IMG/VR virus record: IMGVR_UViG_3300021959_000014
Length of the DNA stretch: 64,000 nucleotides
Reading direction: 5' to 3' (one strand)
Source of the DNA: an uncultured virus (IMG/VR IMGVR_UViG_3300021959_000014)
Lineage: Duplodnaviria > Heunggongvirae > Uroviricota > Caudoviricetes
In this document: positions 56,521-64,000 of the stretch, one piece after another
Position numbering within the stretch: position 1 is the first letter of the stretch
Layout: each line of letters opens with the position of its first letter
Made by a program: the position numbers and the translations under genes
The notes under the pieces: model-generated
What the model saw: only the letters and a program-made list of their open reading frames with translations
Database searches by the model: none
What the model was told of the DNA's origin: nothing

Positions 56521-56958
56521 TTATAAAGTATCTTCCAATGCTTTTTTTACTGCTGAAGCAAATACAGTTTTACTAAAAGGAAGATTTTCATTATTTAAAT
56601 CTAAGAATGTTGCTTGAACAGTTGATTTTGCTATTCCGATTCCTTCTATTACTTCTCCTCTTATTATAATAACTAATTTTACCTGAGTTACTTTCTTCTT
56701 TCTTTCCCATGGTCCTATCTTAAACCCTGTAGATGGAGCTTTGATTGATGTAATCTCTATAAAGATAGGGGTACCGTTAAGACATAAGTCGTACTTTTCT
56801 GATAGTATTTCTTCTGCCATCTGCTTTATACCGAATATAATTCTCTTTTGACTTATATCTTCTGTTTCTACTCTTGATACAACTCTACCTACTTCGTAGC
56901 AATTTTGTGAAAATAGTAGTGTAGGTAAAAGTAATAGTAATAATGTTAAATGTTTCAT
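56521..56958 (-). CDS. Exported CsgG/TolB-N-like protein (short)
   Basis: Signal LFS/Q; C-terminus FSKTVFASAVKKALE parallels FNKSTIGIATKKALE of 58301-59008. Confidence 0.5.
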   Translation of the reverse strand: MKHLTLLLLLLPTLLFSQNCYEVGRVVSRVETEDISQKRIIFGIKQMAEEILSEKYDLCLNGTPIFIEITSIKAPSTGFKIGPWERKKKVTQVKLVIIIRGEVIEGIGIAKSTVQATFLDLNNENLPFSKTVFASAVKKALEDTL

Positions 56959-56961
56959 AGT

Positions 56962-58320
56962 TTAAAAGTTTATTTTTCCTCCTGTTAATATTTGATAGTT
57001 TAAAGCACTGCCAGATGTCTGCCATACTCCGGTAAAGCTTATATTGTACTTAAATGTTTTTGTTATTTTAATATCCCATGAACTAAAAGGTACAACTAAT
57101 AATCCTGCATTAAACCATTTACCTTCATAATATTGAGTAAAAGGTGAGTACACTCCTAGCATAAGAAAACTTGTTGATATTCTGGGACTAACCTTAAAGT
57201 TTCTATGTACTCCAGCAACTGATGATAAGTTCTGTAGACTTCTTTCACCGAGCTTACCGTAAGTGTAGTTTATTCCAGCCATACCTGTATACTTCTTTTG
57301 CTTACCGAATCGGAAAGATTCTAATGCTGTTGTAGTGTTGGTTACGTCTGTTTTAAAATTAGTTAGTGTTGTGTTAGCTAATACTAAGTTAAAAGTCTTT
57401 TTTGGATTTATCCACGATTTATATAAGGTTATACTAGCATCATTGGTAACTGATGTATATGTAAATAATGCTCCTTTTATTCTACTATTATCTGTGTTGG
57501 AATGTGTAATACTTCCAACAAATCTAAATTGCTCTCCATTTGAATTATCTTGATTAGATATTACGACTATATCTCCTGAAGCTATTAAGCTACCTGAGTT
57601 TTTTCCTGATTCATTTGATTGTTCGTTATCTCCTCCATCTATAGCATTAGCTAAGGAGTTAGCTACAGCTTGTGTTGATGCCCCTTCGTTATCTTCTACA
57701 GGCGATTCAGTCTTTTGTTCTCCTGTTTTAGCTGATTTATCTGTATTGCTAGACCCTCCAGTTGTATTTGAATTAGATCCTCCGCTTGGTTTAGTAGAGG
57801 ATTGATTTCCTTTGGCTTCTTGATTGCCTTTATCTGTTTGAGTAATGTTTGTGCTTCCTTTTTTATCTGTATTGCTTCCATTTGTTTTAGTGTTTTTCTC
57901 ATCTGCTTCTTCATCAGAATCATTTCCATTAGATGAGTTGTTAATACTTTCTGCTGGTGGTAACATATTGCCTCCCATTACGGACATTATATTAGTCACA
58001 ACAGTTAATGTAGTCGCTACAACCGTACTATTTGCATTGTTAACTATTACCTGTGTAATGCTTTCACATGGTGATGATGAATTAATTTGAGTTACAGAAT
58101 TAATCCAGTTATCAAATACACCATTAGTAAAATCACTTTCTGTAAAGCTCTGTACATTCCCAAAGTAATTTAAAGCAATGGATTGACCTATAGTGTTTGT
58201 TACTGTTTGTTGATTAAGGGTACAGGGATCGGTAAACGTATAGTTCCATGTTTGAGAGAAACCAAACATAGGTATAACGTTCAATAGTAATAGTATTATT
58301 TTATTCTTTAAAGATGCCAC
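56962..58320 (-). CDS. Exported protein: N-domain, disordered linker, C-terminal beta-barrel
   Basis: Signal GFS/Q; S/N/T/K/E-rich linker; amphipathic strands ending GGKINF. Confidence 0.6.
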   Translation of the reverse strand: MASLKNKIILLLLNVIPMFGFSQTWNYTFTDPCTLNQQTVTNTIGQSIALNYFGNVQSFTESDFTNGVFDNWINSVTQINSSSPCESITQVIVNNANSTVVATTLTVVTNIMSVMGGNMLPPAESINNSSNGNDSDEEADEKNTKTNGSNTDKKGSTNITQTDKGNQEAKGNQSSTKPSGGSNSNTTGGSSNTDKSAKTGEQKTESPVEDNEGASTQAVANSLANAIDGGDNEQSNESGKNSGSLIASGDIVVISNQDNSNGEQFRFVGSITHSNTDNSRIKGALFTYTSVTNDASITLYKSWINPKKTFNLVLANTTLTNFKTDVTNTTTALESFRFGKQKKYTGMAGINYTYGKLGERSLQNLSSVAGVHRNFKVSPRISTSFLMLGVYSPFTQYYEGKWFNAGLLVVPFSSWDIKITKTFKYNISFTGVWQTSGSALNYQILTGGKINF

Positions 58321-59008
58321 GCTTAATCATTTTTTTCACGATCCTTGCTGAAGCTGATTCAAGAGCTTTTTTGGTTGCTATTCCAATTGTAGATTTATTG
58401 AACTTAACTTCATCCAAACCTTCTAATAAATTAGATCTTTTTATTGTAACTGCTTCTCCACTTCCGGAACCTGTTAGTATGGAACCAGTCTCGGCATTTA
58501 CAAATCTCACTTGCATACCGATAATAGTTTTTAGAACAATCTTTATACCGTCTTTAGTTATTTCTTCTTCTTCAGATACTGAGTAGTCATAAATCTCAAC
58601 ATAGGTAAAGTATTCTGCTAATATTACATTACCGACAACTTTAATCTCATTTGAAGATATACCTTTAGCTGAAGCTTTATGTTGTTTTACCATTCTTTGT
58701 TTAATATCTTCTTTATCTTCTGTAAATATAAACCTGTCAGTCCATTCTAGATAAGATAGAGTAATATTACTCACACCCAATCCCACTCTATTCTCTCTTA
58801 ATTCAGGATAAAATTCATACAGTTCTGGTGTAAAGCCAATGTTCAGTACTTGAATTGGTAATTGATAATCTAACATATAATCAGATACTTCATCTATATC
58901 TGCATCTTGTTCAAATTTACCCTTATAGTTTTCTGTCTCCGTTTTACCTAATTGAGCATTAGCAGTAAAACTTAGTAACATCGATATAATTAAAAATATT
59001 CTTACCAT
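58301..59008 (-). CDS. CsgG/HfaB-family protein
   Basis: Signal ANA/Q; G.G.SNI..L..TDRF..E; AEYF..EIYDY; IGMQVRFVNAETGSIL..G.GEA. Confidence 0.65.
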   Translation of the reverse strand: MVRIFLIISMLLSFTANAQLGKTETENYKGKFEQDADIDEVSDYMLDYQLPIQVLNIGFTPELYEFYPELRENRVGLGVSNITLSYLEWTDRFIFTEDKEDIKQRMVKQHKASAKGISSNEIKVVGNVILAEYFTYVEIYDYSVSEEEEITKDGIKIVLKTIIGMQVRFVNAETGSILTGSGSGEAVTIKRSNLLEGLDEVKFNKSTIGIATKKALESASARIVKKMIKRGIFKE

Positions 59009-59259
59009 GATATTTCTTCTTCTTTCTTAGTCTTGACTGGTTGTACTTTTATAGTCTTAGTTATTACTAAAGTATCTTTAACTCCTTCTGGAATGCTAAT
59101 TGTTTGTTCTATCATTGGTGGTTGTTGAACTTCTTCTTTAGGTTCAAATATAGATTGCATATTAGCTATTAATAATCCAAATCCTGCTGTTATTACTAAT
59201 CCAATTCCTGTTACTATTTGGTTTTTAATTTCCGAAAAAAATGTTTTCTTTTTACCCAT
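59002..59259 (-). CDS. Small bitopic membrane protein
   Basis: Single TM; probable start MGKKK. Confidence 0.65.
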   Translation of the reverse strand: MGKKKTFFSEIKNQIVTGIGLVITAGFGLLIANMQSIFEPKEEVQQPPMIEQTISIPEGVKDTLVITKTIKVQPVKTKKEEEISW

Positions 59260-59989
59260 TTTTAATAATTTTAAATGTCTTAACAAACCTACCGTTAGTT
59301 ACTTGTAATAAATAGATACCAGTAGCAAGGTCCCTAACATCTACTCTAAAAGAAACATACCCCGAGAAAAACTTCTTACTATACACACCGTGTTTTTTAC
59401 CTAAAAAATCAGATACTATAACCTTATATTCTCCATTTTCGGGTACTGTTAACTCTAGTGTTATACGCCCGGTAGTAGGTACTGGGTATGCTATTCCGTA
59501 TATGCCGTCTATAGGTGGTACTTCAAAGGGCATTGATCTTTTATTTACATACCCATCTGTACTTATAACCTCTATATCCCAACCTAACTCAGTTCCTGCG
59601 GTTTTTCTTCCAATGGTAATAGGTATCTCTACCCATGATTGATCAATTACTTTAAACCTAACTGTGAATAGTTCTGTGGGTGAGTTTATTGTATAAGTAC
59701 CAAATGAAGCATCATATCCTCCCCATCTAACTGTTTCACCTTGCCAGTCCATAGTGTAGGTTAACCATTGTTGAGCTTTAGCTGTTACCGATATATCTTC
59801 AAAGGCTAAGTATGTGGGGTCATAATTTAGTGCAAATTCTAAACTACCTACATCGTTGCTATTAGTTTCGATTACAACCGGTAAATTAATATAAGTACTA
59901 ACAGGTACCTCAATCTCAGGTACGTTAAATTTGACCTGAGAGTGAGCTACTGTTGATAGTGTTAGTAAAAATATTAATAACGATTTCAT
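59252..59989 (-). CDS. Cohesin-like domain plus T9SS type A C-terminal sorting domain
   Basis: Signal AHS/Q; INLPV..VGSLEFALNYDP..L.F; YPVPTTG..DFLGK..DVRDLATGIYLLQV..KTFKIIK. Confidence 0.85.
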   Translation of the reverse strand: MKSLLIFLLTLSTVAHSQVKFNVPEIEVPVSTYINLPVVIETNSNDVGSLEFALNYDPTYLAFEDISVTAKAQQWLTYTMDWQGETVRWGGYDASFGTYTINSPTELFTVRFKVIDQSWVEIPITIGRKTAGTELGWDIEVISTDGYVNKRSMPFEVPPIDGIYGIAYPVPTTGRITLELTVPENGEYKVIVSDFLGKKHGVYSKKFFSGYVSFRVDVRDLATGIYLLQVTNGRFVKTFKIIKNG

Positions 59990-59992
59990 TTA

Positions 59993-61081
59993 TTAATTTA
60001 ATCCTGTACCATTTGCATCACCTAATACTAGTAAGTAGAAATTACCTGCTGTAGTTCCATTTATCTGTGGTGATAAGAATTCTTCTTGTCCTGAGATTGT
60101 CCCAGATTGATCTGAGGTAGCAGCATCAATAGTGTTGTATTGAGCTTCAGTAAAGAATAGTACATCTGGGTTATTTGTATAAGCACTTAAACCTTGAGCT
60201 AATCTAGCAAATAACAGATAAGAATCTGATACCGTAATACCATTTGCTTGGTTTGTATTACCGGTATAGTACTGTATACCTGATGTTGTTTGTACTCCTG
60301 CTGCTATTTGAGCAATCATATTTGCATCTGCTGCTGATAATGCTGTACTTGCATCTAAACCACTTGCAATTTTTAATCTAACTTGCCAGTAATCTTGATC
60401 TATATTCTCTGAGAATGTTGCTGTTCCATCGGCTTCTGTTGTATCTGTAGCTACATCTACCCAAGTACTACCATCTGCTGATTTCTGTAAAATTACAGGA
60501 ATTAATTCTGCTGGGTTTGTTGCATTATTTAAAATAGTTGCTACATAATCAAATGCTGGTTCTATAAAGTTACCACCGTTATCTGATGTGCCTAGAATAG
60601 CATCTGTACCATCAGTTTGTGCATAATAAGCAGTTAAATTGTTTGTGAAGTCAATCCCATCAACTGTACCATTAGTATAACTAGATTTAAATGGTAATTC
60701 AACATCAAACATATTACCAGCAATAAGGTCAAAGGTAGTAGTAGCACCATCATAGGCCCATACGACTTTTACAATACCGTTTGTTGCATCCACATCTGTA
60801 GACATATACCCTACAGGTCCTGAAGTGTTGTTGTAAGTTACAGTTGGTGTGTCAAAAACATCTTTATCGTAACTGAAAGAGAATTGAATACCTTTTACTG
60901 TGTTACCTGATGTGTTATCGTAGTAAATATCAACTATAGTATTATTTGAGGAATTAACCGACTCTAAATTATAAGTAGAATCAAGAATTATATACGGCTT
61001 AGTTGCATCGGGTGATGTAGTTTGTCCATATGTAAATACTGTGATTAGTAATGCGGTTATGAGGGTAATTGTTTTTTTCAT
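59993..61081 (-). CDS. Exported cohesin-like, Ig-like and dockerin-like protein
   Basis: Signal TYG/Q; GIQFSFSYDKDVF; TDTTEADG..F; LSAADA..I, GNTNQANGITVSDS, LGDANG. Confidence 0.7.
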   Translation of the reverse strand: MKKTITLITALLITVFTYGQTTSPDATKPYIILDSTYNLESVNSSNNTIVDIYYDNTSGNTVKGIQFSFSYDKDVFDTPTVTYNNTSGPVGYMSTDVDATNGIVKVVWAYDGATTTFDLIAGNMFDVELPFKSSYTNGTVDGIDFTNNLTAYYAQTDGTDAILGTSDNGGNFIEPAFDYVATILNNATNPAELIPVILQKSADGSTWVDVATDTTEADGTATFSENIDQDYWQVRLKIASGLDASTALSAADANMIAQIAAGVQTTSGIQYYTGNTNQANGITVSDSYLLFARLAQGLSAYTNNPDVLFFTEAQYNTIDAATSDQSGTISGQEEFLSPQINGTTAGNFYLLVLGDANGTGLN

Positions 61082-61108
61082 TGTAATTTTATTTTAACAT
61101 TAATTTAT

Positions 61109-61116
61109 TATAAATA
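61109..61116 (-). promoter_or_regulatory. Putative late promoter TATTTATA
   Basis: Recurrent octamer. Confidence 0.55.
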
Positions 61117-61119
61117 TAA

Positions 61120-62295
61120 CTAATTCCTGTGTCCGGTTCTTATTAAATAGAATATAGTAGAGTCTCCATTACTTCTATCAAATAAACTATAACTTCCATA
61201 TCCAAAATTTTCAGATTTATCATCAGTATCAGTATCTAAAGGGTCCCAAAAGTAAGGAGTTTGTTGATAATGAAATACTTTTGTAGAAGGTGTAGTACTA
61301 CTATACTGAGTAAATATACCATTCATGTAAGCTAACATAGAATATAAATCTGCAACACTAAATTTCCCGTCATTATTAACATCCATTCTCCAATAATCTT
61401 TGGAATTATAAACCCCACTAATTAATTTACTAGTAAAGTAACTGATATCATTTAGAGTAGGTGTTGATAATGAGGGTTGTACTACATCAATAGTATAGTC
61501 ATAGTTATTATAATCTAAAGTAGTATTGAAGGAGTAGTATCCATTTGAGTCTGTGGTTGTAGTAGCTTGTGTTGTATATGAGAAACCAACCTGATTTTTA
61601 TTTTGAGTTTTTAACTGTACTGTAACTCCGGCTAAAGCTTCTTCTTCTGCTCCATAAACATATCCAGTATGAATTATAGGGTCAATAGGCTCAGTAGTAG
61701 ACCATTCTGCAAATGGATGAGCGGGACTAAGTTGATTGTATGTATTACTATTTGGTATTCTATATTCAAATTTAGCACCACCTACACCACCGAAATTTTG
61801 AATTCTATATTCAAACTCATACCATGTATTTTTATCTAAGGTTGCCGTACCATAAGCCCAGACATTCCAACCATAATGTTTAGTAACTATATCATTAGTC
61901 TTACCAATACCCTTAATCATAAACTCATGTGAGTCATCTGTGAAAGTTCTAAATCTATATGTACCTGATTTGTTAGGTTTAAACCAACCGGAATAGATAA
62001 TTGCATATCTTTGACTGCTCCATCTTGGTGGGTTCCATAGTTGATAAGGAGTATGATTACCACCTCTTGGGCCTTGATAACTTGTTATATCTACAGGTCC
62101 TTCGGTATAGAGTGTAGTACCACCATCGGCAAGATTAACCATAGCGTCAAATTCTGTATGGGAATCAGCATTAGCTGTATAATATTGACCTGAATTAGAT
62201 GCACCATAATGAGTCTTAAGTGACCTTATGTTTACAGTAGTCTGTGCATTTATAAACCCACTAAGTAATACTAATATAAAGGTTAGTTTCTTCAT
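61120..62295 (-). CDS. Exported PA14, SdrD-B-like and dockerin protein
   Basis: Signal INA/Q; YSGWFKP..SGTYRFRTFTDD..; LAGVTVQL..TTTDSNGYYSF; DVNNDGKFSVADL. Confidence 0.8.
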   Translation of the reverse strand: MKKLTFILVLLSGFINAQTTVNIRSLKTHYGASNSGQYYTANADSHTEFDAMVNLADGGTTLYTEGPVDITSYQGPRGGNHTPYQLWNPPRWSSQRYAIIYSGWFKPNKSGTYRFRTFTDDSHEFMIKGIGKTNDIVTKHYGWNVWAYGTATLDKNTWYEFEYRIQNFGGVGGAKFEYRIPNSNTYNQLSPAHPFAEWSTTEPIDPIIHTGYVYGAEEEALAGVTVQLKTQNKNQVGFSYTTQATTTTDSNGYYSFNTTLDYNNYDYTIDVVQPSLSTPTLNDISYFTSKLISGVYNSKDYWRMDVNNDGKFSVADLYSMLAYMNGIFTQYSSTTPSTKVFHYQQTPYFWDPLDTDTDDKSENFGYGSYSLFDRSNGDSTIFYLIRTGHRN

Positions 62296-62311
62296 ATAAA
62301 TAATTGTTCAC

Positions 62312-62340
62312 AAAAAAGAGGGTGTTAATACACCCCCTTT
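62312..62340 (-). terminator. Intrinsic terminator
   Basis: GGGTG-TATTAA-CACCC hairpin followed by a T run on the minus strand. Confidence 0.75.
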
Positions 62341-62369
62341 TAATTTTCTTTTTCAATTTTTATAAGAAA

Positions 62370-62621
62370 TTAGATTTTGCTTTTTAAGCTTATAACCCAA
62401 TTTTTAAATAAGTCCCAATTTCGCGTAGCAAATACACCAAATGCTACTCCTGCATAGATTTTAAATCCAAAAGACCAAAGTAATAATCCTGCGATTAATC
62501 CTAAAATCCCCTCAATTCCATTTCCTACTATCCAACCCTTTACAGCATTGAATGTTTTCTTAAACCAACTGATTTTTACTGGTTTTTTTACTACTTTTTT
62601 TGCTTTTGCTTTTCTAGCCAT
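62370..62621 (-). CDS. Small basic membrane protein
   Basis: Lys-rich N-terminus, two hydrophobic segments. Confidence 0.6.
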   Translation of the reverse strand: MARKAKAKKVVKKPVKISWFKKTFNAVKGWIVGNGIEGILGLIAGLLLWSFGFKIYAGVAFGVFATRNWDLFKNWVISLKSKI

Positions 62622-62676
62622 TTTATTTAATTTTAATTAATAATAATGATTGTGTTTATACATATGTAAACTTTTA

Positions 62677-64000
62677 CTAACCATCACAACTTACACAATC
62701 TGCCATTCTGGATCCTAAATCACCCTTAATAACTGAATCTGTTCTTAGGTAGTAAAATGTTTTAATTCCTAATTTCCATCCTTCTAAATGTACTTGATTT
62801 ATCCATTTTGGGGAATCGTTTACGTCAAAAGATAAATTTAATGATTGTGTTTGATCAATATATCTTTGTCTAATTGCTGCTTGTCTAACTAATTCTAATT
62901 GGTTTATCTCAGGAAATGTTAAAAATAATTCCTTTTCATCGGGGGTTAAAATATTATCAGGTAAACCCTGTGCTGATCCATCTTCGGCTAGCATTTGATC
63001 CCACCATTTATCTTTATCTTCACCTTTTTCAATTAATATAGATTGTAATACTTTATTTTTCCTAATAAAGGTACCTTTAGCACCATTAAAAGTATAAATG
63101 TTAGCAGGCAAGGGTTCAATACCAGCGCTAATACCACCACAAATAACTGAATTAGATACTGTTGGGGCAACTGCTAATAAATGGGTATTTCTCATACCTG
63201 TTCCTCTACACCATAAAGGTTCTCCGTATTCTTGGGCTAAAGCCATAGATGCTTTTTCTGCTTTACCTCTAATATCCGAAAATATATTTTTAGTATGGGC
63301 AGTTGAAGCAATAGAATTAAATGGTAAGCCTTTTTGTTGTAAAAATGAATGCCAACCCATTACACCTAAACCTAAAGCACGTCCCTTACGAGCATGGTTA
63401 TAGGTTCTTTGTAATGAATCTTTACCAGCAGATTTATCAATGAATTCTTGCATTACCCCATCTAAGAACCAAGTGGCTAATTCAACAGCCTCCGTATCTT
63501 TCCATTCATCATATTTAGATAAATTCATAGATGATAAACAACAAATAAAACTATGTTCTTCATCTGTAAATAATGTAATTTCAGAACAAATATTTGTCAT
63601 ACTTACATCTAAGTTATTTAACCTATAAGCAATAGGATTATCTTTATTAACATTATCCTTATACATTATATAAGGTTCTCCTGTTTCCATTCTTGATTTT
63701 AAAACAGTAGCCCATCTATTCATTGCTTCTGGGTCTCTTGCTTCTAGTTTTCTCATAAATGAGTCTCCTACAACAACACATTGGTGTAAGTTTAAACATT
63801 GTCTATTTGGATCACCCTTTGGTCTACGAATTTGTAAAAATTCTTCTATATCTCCATGTTCAATATCTAAGTTAACAGAAGCTGCTCCTCTTCTAACATT
63901 TCCTTGATTAGTTGCAATTATTGATGAATCAAATATCTTAGCCCATGGTACTACACCTTCACTTTTACCATTTCCTGAGATTTCTGTTCCGCGTTCTCTA
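62677..64000 (-). CDS. nrdA: Ribonucleotide reductase class I alpha subunit, 5' end outside window
   Basis: QG.VRRGA, TNICSEI, RALGLG, AVAPT, KTFYY.R, C-terminal CVSCDG; frame open to window edge. Confidence 0.95.
   Translation of the reverse strand, partial: RERGTEISGNGKSEGVVPWAKIFDSSIIATNQGNVRRGAASVNLDIEHGDIEEFLQIRRPKGDPNRQCLNLHQCVVVGDSFMRKLEARDPEAMNRWATVLKSRMETGEPYIMYKDNVNKDNPIAYRLNNLDVSMTNICSEITLFTDEEHSFICCLSSMNLSKYDEWKDTEAVELATWFLDGVMQEFIDKSAGKDSLQRTYNHARKGRALGLGVMGWHSFLQQKGLPFNSIASTAHTKNIFSDIRGKAEKASMALAQEYGEPLWCRGTGMRNTHLLAVAPTVSNSVICGGISAGIEPLPANIYTFNGAKGTFIRKNKVLQSILIEKGEDKDKWWDQMLAEDGSAQGLPDNILTPDEKELFLTFPEINQLELVRQAAIRQRYIDQTQSLNLSFDVNDSPKWINQVHLEGWKLGIKTFYYLRTDSVIKGDLGSRMADCVSCDG

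Noticed and set aside
57696..57929. Alternative-frame ORF inside 56962-58320 (also 52323-52541 inside 51739-52911)
   Set aside because: Nested in a longer supported gene; by-product of low-complexity or biased sequence
59990..59995. Stop-codon readthrough fusing 59993-61081 with 59252-59989
   Set aside because: Two consecutive TAA stops, and the downstream gene has its own signal peptide
109..63628. Many short plus-strand ORFs in the track (e.g. 109-366, 7235-7615, 15251-15484, 63098-63403)
   Set aside because: Antisense shadows of well-supported minus-strand genes, with no promoter motif or recognisable domain
1..64000. Alternative genetic code
   Set aside because: Long genes are intact under the standard code, all three stops terminate genes, and there is no suppressor tRNA
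62340..64000. Apparent change in codon style at nrdA, suggesting a recent recombination
   Set aside because: Impression only; cannot be supported without computing codon or k-mer statistics

Overview
This is a 64-kb segment of a large, AT-rich dsDNA myovirus, most likely infecting a Bacteroidota (Flavobacteriia-like) host. Host clues: promoters shaped like the Bacteroidota -33/-7 consensus, a T9SS C-terminal sorting domain, signal peptides followed by Gln, and a Flavobacterium-like bS21. Nearly all genes lie on the minus strand. Layout: (1) 1-21.9 kb, virion/baseplate genes (tail-collar fibre, gp6- and gp25-like wedges, a hub/spike candidate, and a very large protein ending in a Hint domain and interrupted by a 1-nt frameshift); (2) 22-26 kb, a gp55-like sigma factor, an HD protein and an inverted island with rpsU; (3) 26-42 kb, many small early genes behind a repeated promoter/leader, plus two tRNAs flanking a structured RNA candidate; (4) 42-50 kb, a glycosylation cluster; (5) 50-54.5 kb, nuclease, DUF1599 and lysis-like genes; (6) 54.6-62.3 kb, a cluster of exported proteins (PA14, cohesin, dockerin, T9SS CTD, two CsgG-like proteins, two predicted beta-barrels), the best candidate for an undescribed system; (7) partial nrdA. 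All family calls come from motif recognition by eye; no database search was run.
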